A stretch of DNA of 64,000 bases from Spirochaetia bacterium (lineage in GTDB: Bacteria; Spirochaetota; Spirochaetia; SZUA-6; Bin103), in contig CBDBDQ010000005.1 of NCBI GenBank assembly GCA_965203905.1, positions 1,664,001-1,728,000 on the forward strand, written 5' to 3'. Every line of letters begins with the position of its first letter. Position 1 is the stretch's first letter. Shown in pieces: positions 21,700 through 29,987 of the stretch. A program made the position numbers and the translations under genes. The notes under the pieces are model-generated. The model had not been told where the DNA came from. It saw only the letters and a list, made by a program, of their open reading frames with translations, and made no database searches.

Positions 21700-22908
21700 A
21701 TGAACCAGCCCTGCACGGTCCGCGCCGCGCGTTGCGACCATCGCGCCTCCGCCGAGGAGATCTATCGCACCCTGGAGCGGATCACCGCCCCGCTGACGCG
21801 AAGTTGGGAGCGCCTGGAGCGCGCCCGCCGCATCGTGCTCAAGTTCAACATGACGCAGCCGGACACCGCCTGCTTCGCCGGCCGGCGCCAGGAGCTGGTC
21901 GACGAGGACGTGATACGGGCGGTGTTGCGGCTGCTGCGCGCGCGCACCGGCGCCACCCTGGTCGCCACCGACACCTGCCTGCACACGCCCGACAAGACGG
22001 TCCCGGCCGACTACGAGTCGGCGCCGGTGCTGCGCGAGTTCGGCGTGGAGCTGGTGGACGCCGGGGCGCCGCCGCTGCGCCTCTACGAGGTGCCCGGCGG
22101 TGGCAACATGTTCGACCGCTACCTGCTCACCTCCTGCATCGGCGAGGCGGACGAGTTCGTGTCGGTGGCCAAGATGAAGAATCACCTGTTCATGGGCGTC
22201 ACTCTGTGCATGAAGAACCTGTTCGGACTGCCGCCGCCGAACCGTCCCGAGGGGCGCATCCGGCATTACTTCCATCATGCCATCCGGCTCTCCTACGTGC
22301 TGCCCGACCTGGCGCTGATCACCGATCCCTGCCTCAACATCATCGACGGACTGACCGGCCAGCAGGGTGCCGAGTGGGGCGGGCGCCCGGTGCTGCCCAA
22401 CGCCCTGATCGCGGGCGACCAGACCACCGCCACCGACGCCTGCGCCACCCACTTGATGGGCCACGATCCCGCCGCCGACTGGCCGACGCCGCCGTTCCGC
22501 CGCGACCGCAATCACCTGCTGGTGGCCGCCGAACGCGGCTACGGCACCGTCGATCTGCGCCAGATCGACTTCCAGAGCGAGCTGCAGGCGCCGCTGGCGG
22601 CGTTCGACTCCGACCAGCAGGATACGCCCGCGATCGTCGCCAGCATCCGCCGCACGGCGTGTGAGCAGGCGCTGTTCTACCGCGCCGAGCGCGAGCGGCT
22701 GGTGCGGCGCTACGCCGGCGAGCTGGTGGTGCTGCGCGCCGGCGAGGTGGTGTGGCACGGCGCCGACCAGCCGGCGTTCGCCAGCCATGCCGACTTGGGC
22801 GGCGCCGATCCCGGGCAGGCGTCGTTCCTGAAGGTGGCCGATCCCGAGGAGCGCGAGGGCGAGGTGATGGCCGTCTACGAGAACCTGCTGCCGGCGCTGG
22901 CGAGCTGA
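21700..22908 (+). CDS. DUF362 domain protein
   Basis: IVLKFN, SVAKMKNH...GVTLCMKNLFG, IIDGL, ATDA. Confidence 0.85.
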   Translation: MNQPCTVRAARCDHRASAEEIYRTLERITAPLTRSWERLERARRIVLKFNMTQPDTACFAGRRQELVDEDVIRAVLRLLRARTGATLVATDTCLHTPDKTVPADYESAPVLREFGVELVDAGAPPLRLYEVPGGGNMFDRYLLTSCIGEADEFVSVAKMKNHLFMGVTLCMKNLFGLPPPNRPEGRIRHYFHHAIRLSYVLPDLALITDPCLNIIDGLTGQQGAEWGGRPVLPNALIAGDQTTATDACATHLMGHDPAADWPTPPFRRDRNHLLVAAERGYGTVDLRQIDFQSELQAPLAAFDSDQQDTPAIVASIRRTACEQALFYRAERERLVRRYAGELVVLRAGEVVWHGADQPAFASHADLGGADPGQASFLKVADPEEREGEVMAVYENLLPALAS

Positions 22909-22950
22909 CCGCAGGCGGTCACGAGGCACTGCCTCGGTGCCACCGCTCGA

Positions 22951-25425
22951 TCACAGCGCCTTGACCGCGGCTTCGATGCGGCTGGTGGCGTCGAGGTAGG
23001 AGGTGCCGGGGGGGAAGCGCAGCGCCGGCCCGAAGCGCACCTCCACCTGGGGGCGCAGCCCGCCGTCCGGCGCGCTGACGAGGTGCACCGGCACCACGGG
23101 CGTGTGCGACTCCACCGCCAGCATCCCGGTGCCGCTCTGGAACGGCAGCATCGGCTGGCCGATGCGCTGCTCCCCCTCGGGGAAGATCACCACGTTCCAG
23201 CCCTCGTCCATCATCCGTCCCATGTGCTCCAGGCTGGCGCGGATCGCGCTCTCCCGCGACAGCGGAAAGGCGTTCGCCACCAGCGCCGCCACGATCCCCG
23301 TCAGCCGCTTCTCGAAGGTGATCTCGGCCGCCGCCGCGAACGACAGGTGGCGCCGCCAGGCGCGCGGCGTGGCCCTGGTCAGCACCATGCTGTCGCCGAG
23401 CACCGCGTTGTGGTTGGCGGCGAACAGCACCGGGCCGTCCAGCCCTTCGAGATGCTCCAGACCCGTGGCGCGGATCCGGTAGCGGGCGCTCAGCAGCGGG
23501 AACACCACGACCTGGTGCAACACCTCGCGCAGCAGCGAGAACCAGAAACTGAGCGGCCAGGTGTAGAACGGCGGCAACGCCGCCTTGGCCTCCTCCTGCG
23601 ACGCCAGCAGCCCCTGGAGCTGCTCCAGGGTGGTGCCCGAGTCGACCAGCGACTCGTCGATGTAGACCCCGAGCTCCTGCTCGATGATCGACAGCATCTC
23701 CACCCGCTTGAGGGAGTCCATGTTGAGGTCGCCGCCGACGGTGTGCTCCGGCAGCACCTGCTCCTGGGCCACCCCGCTCACCTCCGAGACCAAGTGGACC
23801 AGCCGTTCCTTGGGATCCGCGGCCGCCGCCGCCTGCGCGCGCCCGGCGCCGGCAGCCGCCGCTGCCTCCGGCGGGCCGCTCTGCAGGGCGTCCACCAGCA
23901 CGCCCTTCTTGACCTTCAGCGTGTGGGTGCGGGGGAAGTCGGCCTCGGGCCAGATGGTGAAGCCGCGGATCTGCTGGTGCTCGGCCAGCTCGCCGTTGGC
24001 GCGTGCGACGATGGCCGGCGCCTGCTCCGGGTCCTCCAGCAGGAACACCGCGTGCACCTGCGTGTCCTGGCCGCGGCGCAGCCCCACCACGGTGGCGTCG
24101 GTCAGCGCCGGATCGTTCTTCAGCACCCCCTCGATGTCCTCGGGGAACACGTTCTGGCCGTTGGCCAGCACGATCATCTCCTTGATGCGGCCGCGGACGT
24201 GCAGGAAGCCGGCGTCGTCCAGGAACCCCATGTCGCCGGTCTTGTACCAGTCGCCGTCGAACGCCGCCGCGGTCTGCTCCGGCGCGTTCCAGTAGCCCTG
24301 GGTGACGTTGGCGCCGCGCACCTGGATCTCGCCGGCGTCGGTGATGCGCACCTCCACGCCGGGCAGCGGGCGGCCCACCGAGTCGAAGCGGGCGTCGGTC
24401 AGGGCATGACAACTGATCACCGGCGATGCCTCGGTGGCGCCGTAGCCCTGCAGCACGTTGATGCCGAGCAGGTTCCACTTCTCACCCAGCTGCTGGTCCA
24501 GGGCGGCGCCGCCGGAGACCACGATCTCCAGGTGGCCGCCGAAGCGGGAGTGCACCTTGTGGAACACCAGCCGGCGCAACCGCAGTGGCAGGCGCTGCGC
24601 CAGCTTCAGCGACAGCTCCCACAGCCGCTGCTTGCCCTGGTTCGCCACCTCCCGTTCGATGCCCTTCATGAACAGATCCAGCGCCTGCGGCACCAGCAGC
24701 ATCATGGTGATCTTGCGCTCGCGCATCAGCTTGAGCAGCAGCGCCGGCTGGCGGCTGGTGACGTAGGTGATGCTGGCGCCGCAGCCCAGGCCGATGAACA
24801 GCGACCCCATCTGCTCGAACATGTGGCTCAGGGGCAGCAGCGACAGCATCCGGAACGAGGCGCTGCCGGGGATCACCTGCCGCACCGACTCCAGGTTGGC
24901 CAGCAGGTTGCGGTGGGTGAGCAGCACGCCCTTGGCGTCGCCGGTGGTGCCGGAGGTGAACATGATCTCGGCCAGGTCGTCGCCGGTGAGCGACTCGTCG
25001 CGCGGCGGCGCCAGGTCGTAGATGAGCTGCTCCAGGTCCTCGAACAGCAGCCTAGGGACCTCGAGACGGACGTCGTCCTGCGGCGTGACCCGGGAGACGA
25101 TCGCCAGCACCGGTGCGGTCTTGGAGGTGACCTGGCGCACGAAGTCGGGCGTCGAGCGCAGGTCGAGCGGCACCACGACGGCGCCGATGCGCAGGCAGCC
25201 GAAGTAGGCCAGCACCCAGTGCGGGGCATTCGGTCCCCACAGGACGACGCGGTCGCCCTTGCCGATGCCGCGACTCTGCAGCAGCGTCGCTACCCGCTGC
25301 ACGTCCTCGAACAGGGCGCGGTAGCTCCAGGTGCGGAAGCGGAACCCCGGCTTGAACAGCAGCGCCGGCCGTTCGCCGAAACGGTCCGCGGCATCTTCCA
25401 AGAACTGATTAATCGTCTGCAGCAT
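22951..25425 (-). CDS. Long-chain acyl-AMP ligase fused to ACP and a PlsC-type acyltransferase
   Basis: FTSGTTGDAKG, GYGATE, YKTGD; ACP motif MDSL; acyltransferase motifs ANH and FPEG. Confidence 0.92.
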   Translation of the reverse strand: MLQTINQFLEDAADRFGERPALLFKPGFRFRTWSYRALFEDVQRVATLLQSRGIGKGDRVVLWGPNAPHWVLAYFGCLRIGAVVVPLDLRSTPDFVRQVTSKTAPVLAIVSRVTPQDDVRLEVPRLLFEDLEQLIYDLAPPRDESLTGDDLAEIMFTSGTTGDAKGVLLTHRNLLANLESVRQVIPGSASFRMLSLLPLSHMFEQMGSLFIGLGCGASITYVTSRQPALLLKLMRERKITMMLLVPQALDLFMKGIEREVANQGKQRLWELSLKLAQRLPLRLRRLVFHKVHSRFGGHLEIVVSGGAALDQQLGEKWNLLGINVLQGYGATEASPVISCHALTDARFDSVGRPLPGVEVRITDAGEIQVRGANVTQGYWNAPEQTAAAFDGDWYKTGDMGFLDDAGFLHVRGRIKEMIVLANGQNVFPEDIEGVLKNDPALTDATVVGLRRGQDTQVHAVFLLEDPEQAPAIVARANGELAEHQQIRGFTIWPEADFPRTHTLKVKKGVLVDALQSGPPEAAAAAGAGRAQAAAAADPKERLVHLVSEVSGVAQEQVLPEHTVGGDLNMDSLKRVEMLSIIEQELGVYIDESLVDSGTTLEQLQGLLASQEEAKAALPPFYTWPLSFWFSLLREVLHQVVVFPLLSARYRIRATGLEHLEGLDGPVLFAANHNAVLGDSMVLTRATPRAWRRHLSFAAAAEITFEKRLTGIVAALVANAFPLSRESAIRASLEHMGRMMDEGWNVVIFPEGEQRIGQPMLPFQSGTGMLAVESHTPVVPVHLVSAPDGGLRPQVEVRFGPALRFPPGTSYLDATSRIEAAVKAL

Positions 25426-25771
25426 CGGTCATCAAGGCCACCACCGACGCCACGGCGTAGCCGTCGGCGTGGGTGATGCTCAGATCGCAACTCACGATGT
25501 GAACGCTATCATACCCCGAATCGAACCGAATCCAAGGCCGGCCGGCCGCGGTATGCCGGATCTCCAGCAGCAGCCAGTTGCCCGCCGGCAGATCCAGCGC
25601 CTTGTATGCCGCCTCCTTGGCGGCGAAGATCGCGGCCAGCCGTTCCGTGGAGGCGCCCTCCGCCTCCGGCGGATGGAACAGCCGGCGGCGGAACGCCTCG
25701 CCGCCGCGTTGCAGCGAGCCGGCGAACTGCTCTATCGCCACCAGGTCGATGCCGGTCCTGACCCGGAGCAT
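25409..25771 (-). CDS. acpS: Holo-ACP synthase (4'-phosphopantetheinyl transferase)
   Basis: GIDLV, FAAKEAAYKAL, G.P, LSITH; overlaps the ligase start. Confidence 0.9.
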   Translation of the reverse strand: MLRVRTGIDLVAIEQFAGSLQRGGEAFRRRLFHPPEAEGASTERLAAIFAAKEAAYKALDLPAGNWLLLEIRHTAAGRPWIRFDSGYDSVHIVSCDLSITHADGYAVASVVALMTDAADD

Positions 25772-25850
25772 GGGCCATGTTACCCCGGTCGCCGCCCCGC
25801 CGGCCAGCCACCGCGGGCCGGTCGGGCCTTGTACCGCCTGCCTGGCGGCG

Positions 25851-26894
25851 CTACGCCGGAGCCGGCTCGGGTCGAAGTTGACCGGCGCGCCGCAGCCCTT
25901 CACGGAAGCTGACCATCTGGCCCGTGGTCTCGTCGTACAGCCTCATGGACAGACAGCGTACGGTGTCGCGCAGCCGCAGGACCGGAACCTGGTGCAGCAG
26001 CGGCTGCTCCCGGTGGGCACGTTCCAGGTGATAGTTGGGGATGCGCGGATCCAGGTGATGGATGTGGTGAAAGCCGATGTTGCCGGTGAACCACTGCAGC
26101 ACCCGCGGCAGCGCCAGGTAGGAGGACCCGCTCAACGCCGCGGCGGTGAAGTCCCAGCCCTCATGGCGGCGCCAGTACACGCCCTCGAATTGATGCTGGA
26201 CGTAGAACAGCCAGGTTCCGACCGTGGACGCGACCAGAAACACCGGCGTGAACACCAGGGCGAAGTTGACGAACCCGAACGGCTGCGACATGGCCACCAC
26301 GAACAGCGCCACGCCGATGTTGGTCCACACGATCGCCCACCTGGCGCGGTTGCTGGTGCGCTTGCGCGGAATGCGGTGGTTGAACAGGAAGCCGATCGGA
26401 GCCACCAGGAAGAACAGCACGAAGGGGTTGCGGAACACCCGGTACGCCAGCCGCAGGCGCCGCGGCGCGGCCACGAATTCCTGCACCGTCATGGTCCACA
26501 CGTCGCCCAGGTCGCGCCGGTCCAGGTCGCCGGCGGTGGCATGGTGCATGGCATGCTCGTGGGTCCAGTGCTGGAACGGCGTGAAGGTGAGGATGCCCGC
26601 CAGGTAGCCGAGCACCCGGTTCCAGCGGCTGCGGCGAAAGAACGAACCGTGCCCGGCGTCGTGAAAGATGATGAACACGCGGATCAGGAATCCGGCCGTC
26701 GGCAGCGCGAGGATCAGGCTGAGCAGGTAGGAGACCTGGGCGATGGCACCCATGGCGAACAGGCCCACGAGATAGGGGATGAAGGAGGTGACGATCTGGC
26801 CGACGCTCCTGGGCACCGATGGCGCCCGATACCGACGCAGCTCCCGCTGCAGCGCGCGTGACTCCCCCCGCGCCGTACTCAATCTGTCGTTCAC
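25851..26894 (-). CDS. Membrane fatty acid desaturase
   Basis: His boxes HDAGH, HAMHH, HHIHH; FYVQH. The start (GTG 26894) is inferred. Confidence 0.92.
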   Translation of the reverse strand: MNDRLSTARGESRALQRELRRYRAPSVPRSVGQIVTSFIPYLVGLFAMGAIAQVSYLLSLILALPTAGFLIRVFIIFHDAGHGSFFRRSRWNRVLGYLAGILTFTPFQHWTHEHAMHHATAGDLDRRDLGDVWTMTVQEFVAAPRRLRLAYRVFRNPFVLFFLVAPIGFLFNHRIPRKRTSNRARWAIVWTNIGVALFVVAMSQPFGFVNFALVFTPVFLVASTVGTWLFYVQHQFEGVYWRRHEGWDFTAAALSGSSYLALPRVLQWFTGNIGFHHIHHLDPRIPNYHLERAHREQPLLHQVPVLRLRDTVRCLSMRLYDETTGQMVSFREGLRRAGQLRPEPAPA

Positions 26895-27155
26895 TTGCCT
26901 CTCGCCCTCCCGGACTCGGTGCTTTGCCACTTTACGCCGATGCCTGGAGGGCTTTCCGTCGGTCTGCGCCCGGACGTTCAGCGAATAGGTCGTGTCGACC
27001 ACAAACATAACGCATCCCTCGCTCCGGTTCCAGCCGCCGCCCGTACACCGCCCGGAACCGCCCGTGGCCACTGATTGACGACGGCGGCCCGGATGCCGTA
27101 AATTCGGCGCTTCGCGCATGAGCCCGCCGCCGTCGCTCCGTTTCTGCCCGACACC

Positions 27156-28199
27156 ATGACTGCGCCTCCCGAGTCAGAACCCCGCGGGCCGGCCTCCGGG
27201 GACGGCCCACCCCTGATCGAAGTTGCCGGCCTGACCAAGCGCTTCCGCGTTGCCGCCGGAGATTCGGCTTCCGGCCGCGGCCGCGCGCTGGGCGGGCTGC
27301 TGGCCCGGCGCAAGCTGGTGACCGCCCTCGACGCAGTGTCGTTCCGCATCGGCGCCGGCGAGCTGGTGGGCTACATCGGCCCCAACGGCGCCGGCAAGAG
27401 CACCACCGTCAAGATCCTGTCCGGCATCCTGGTGCCCGACGCCGGCCGCTGCCTGGTGGCCGGGCGCGTGCCGTGGCGCCAGCGGGTGGAGCACGTGGCC
27501 GAGATCGGGGTGGTGTTCGGCCAGCGCAGCCAGCTCTGGTGGGACCTGCCGGTGTTCGAGTCGTTCGACCTGCTGCGCGACATCTACCGGCTGCAGCCCG
27601 CCGCCTACCGCACGACGCGCGACGAGCTGGTGGAGCTGCTGGACATCGCCCCGCTGCTGGCGGTGCCGGTGCGCCAGCTCAGCCTGGGGCAGCGCATGCG
27701 CTGCGAGCTGGCCGCCGCGCTGCTGCACCGCCCGCGGCTGCTGTTCCTGGACGAACCCACCATCGGCCTGGACGCGGTGGCCAAGCTGGCGGTGCGCGAC
27801 ATCATCCGTCGGCTGCACCGCCGCGGCGTCACCACCATCCTCACCACCCACGACCTGGACGACGTGGAGGCGCTGTGCCCGCGGGTGCTGGTGATCGGTG
27901 CCGGCTCGATCCTGTTCGACGGCTCGGTGGCCGAGCTGCGCGCCGGCGTCGACCGCGAGCGCATCCTCACCGTGGACCTGGAGCACGAGGTGCGCGACTT
28001 CGCCAGCTCCGCGGCCACGGTGGTGTCCGCCGCGGGGCGGCGGGTGGTGCTGCGCTACGACCCGGCGCGCATTCCCACGCCGCGCCTGGTCGAGGAGGTG
28101 GCGCGCGACAACGACGTGCGCGACCTGTACATCGAGCCGCAGCCGATCGACGAGCTGGTGGCGCGCCTGTACCGCGACCTGAAGCTGGAGGAGCGGTGA
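27156..28199 (+). CDS. ABC transporter ATP-binding protein
   Basis: GPNGAGKST, LSLGQ, FLDEPTIGLD, TTH. Confidence 0.95.
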   Translation: MTAPPESEPRGPASGDGPPLIEVAGLTKRFRVAAGDSASGRGRALGGLLARRKLVTALDAVSFRIGAGELVGYIGPNGAGKSTTVKILSGILVPDAGRCLVAGRVPWRQRVEHVAEIGVVFGQRSQLWWDLPVFESFDLLRDIYRLQPAAYRTTRDELVELLDIAPLLAVPVRQLSLGQRMRCELAAALLHRPRLLFLDEPTIGLDAVAKLAVRDIIRRLHRRGVTTILTTHDLDDVEALCPRVLVIGAGSILFDGSVAELRAGVDRERILTVDLEHEVRDFASSAATVVSAAGRRVVLRYDPARIPTPRLVEEVARDNDVRDLYIEPQPIDELVARLYRDLKLEER

Positions 28200-29032
28200 C
28201 CCTCGCGGCGCGCCTGGCGCCCTACCGCGGCGTGCTGCGGGCGCGCTGGCGCGAGACCCTGCAGTACCGGGTAGCGGCGGTCGCCGGTTTCGGCACCCAG
28301 CTCTACTGGGGCCTGATCCGGCTCATGGTGCTGGCCGCGTTCTACGAGTCGGGACCCGCGGACGCCACCGACTTCAGCTTCGCCCACGTGGTCGCGTACG
28401 CGTGGCTGGGCCAGGCACTGCTGGGGCTGTTCCCGTTCCGTCTCGACCACGAACTGGCGGACAGCGTGCGCACCGGTACCGTGGCCGGCGAGCTGCTGCG
28501 GCCCATCGACCTGTACTCCTACTGGTTCTGGCGCATGGTGGCGTGGCGGCTGGCGATGACGGCTCCGCGCTGCCTGCTGATGCTGGTGGTGGCGGTGGGG
28601 ATTCTGCCGCTGGTGGGGCTGGGGGAGTGGGCGCTGGGCGCCCCGGCCGGGGTGGAGGCGGCCGGTCTCTACCTGCTGGCAACCGCGCTGGCCTTGCTGT
28701 TAGGGGTGGCCGTGACCGCGGTGATGGTGAGCCTGATGTTCTGGACCGTCTCCTCCGAGGGCGCGCGCTACATCCTGCCGTCGATCATCTGGTTGGGCGG
28801 CGGCATGGTGGTGCCGCTGCCGCTGCTGCCGGACGGCCTGGCGGCGGTGCTCGGCTACCTGCCGTTCGCCGGCCTGATGGACATCCCGTTCCGCATCTAC
28901 GTGGGCCACCTCGCGGGCACGGAGGCGCTGCTGCGCCTGGGCCTGCAACTGGGCTGGCTGGTGGCGCTGGTGCTGCTGGGCCGGCTGCTGCTGGCGCGCG
29001 GCCTGCGCCGGGTGGTGATCCTTGGCGGCTGA
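28196..29032 (+). CDS. ABC-2 family permease
   Basis: GTGA overlap; LQYR, RTG.VA.ELLRPID; multiple TM helices. Confidence 0.88.
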   Translation: MTLAARLAPYRGVLRARWRETLQYRVAAVAGFGTQLYWGLIRLMVLAAFYESGPADATDFSFAHVVAYAWLGQALLGLFPFRLDHELADSVRTGTVAGELLRPIDLYSYWFWRMVAWRLAMTAPRCLLMLVVAVGILPLVGLGEWALGAPAGVEAAGLYLLATALALLLGVAVTAVMVSLMFWTVSSEGARYILPSIIWLGGGMVVPLPLLPDGLAAVLGYLPFAGLMDIPFRIYVGHLAGTEALLRLGLQLGWLVALVLLGRLLLARGLRRVVILGG

Positions 29033-29870
29033 CCGCTCCCGGCAGCAGCACGCGGCCGGCTGGTCACCGCGCAACGGCCTCCGGCTGTACCTGCGCTACG
29101 TCTCCGCCCACGTGCGTGCGCAGCTGCAGTATCCCGGGGCGTTCGTACTGCAGATGGTCGGCACCCTGCTGATCACCGCGGTCGAGTTCGTGGGCGTCTG
29201 GGCGCTGCTGAGCCGCTTCGGCAACGTCCGCGGCTGGGAGTTGCCGGAAGTCGCCATCCTCTACGGACTGGCCATGGTCGGTTTCTCGACGGCAGAGATC
29301 GTGGGGCGCGGCTTCGACCTGTTCTCGCACCAGATCCGCCGCGGAGATTTCGACCGCCTGCTGCTGCGGCCGCGCCACACCGTGCTGCAGGTGGCGGGTG
29401 CGGAGTTTGCCTTCGCCCGGCTGGGCCGCTGGTTGCAGGCGGCCGTGATCCTGGTCTGGGGCCTGGCCAGCGCGGGAATCCCCTGGACTCCGCTACGGGT
29501 GCTGCTGCTGGCGGAAACGATGGCCGGCGTCACCGTGCTGTTCCTGGGCGTGTTCGTCGCCACCGCCGCGATCACCTTCTGGACCGTGCAGTCGCTGGAG
29601 CTGTTCGCCATCGTCACCAACGGCGCGGTGGACGCCGGCAGCTACCCGGTCACGGTCTACCGCCGCTTCCTGCGCCGCTTCCTGTTCTTCATCGTGCCGA
29701 TCGGCACCATCACCTACTTCCCGGTGGTGGCCCTCCTGGGCCGCCCCGACCCCTTGGGCACGCCCCCCTGGCTCGGCTGGGCCGCCCCCGCCGCCGCCCC
29801 CCTGTTCCTGGCCGCCACCCTCCTCCTCTGGCACCTCGGCGTCCGCCACTACAACTCCACAGGTAGTTGA
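29022..29870 (+). CDS. ABC-2 family permease
   Basis: QLQY, GW...EV, IRRGDFDRLLLRP, YP..VY, and a Y.STGS C-terminus. Confidence 0.9.
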   Translation: MAADRSRQQHAAGWSPRNGLRLYLRYVSAHVRAQLQYPGAFVLQMVGTLLITAVEFVGVWALLSRFGNVRGWELPEVAILYGLAMVGFSTAEIVGRGFDLFSHQIRRGDFDRLLLRPRHTVLQVAGAEFAFARLGRWLQAAVILVWGLASAGIPWTPLRVLLLAETMAGVTVLFLGVFVATAAITFWTVQSLELFAIVTNGAVDAGSYPVTVYRRFLRRFLFFIVPIGTITYFPVVALLGRPDPLGTPPWLGWAAPAAAPLFLAATLLLWHLGVRHYNSTGS

Positions 29871-29953
29871 ATCGAGGCGAGGTGCATACCTCGCTCCGTC
29901 TGACCGATTCGCCAACGGTAATGGCGGCGCGCCACTACTCCACCGGCAGTTGA
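29844..29953 (+). repeat. Diverged direct repeat of the permease 3' end flanking a hairpin
   Basis: CGCCACTACAACTCCACAGGTAGTTGA (29844-29870) versus CGCCACTACTCCACCGGCAGTTGA (29930-29953); GCGAGGT-gcat-ACCTCGC stem-loop lies between them. Confidence 0.55.
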
Positions 29954-29987
29954 TTCGGGTAGCGGCGCCGGGAAGCCTCGCGTCCGG

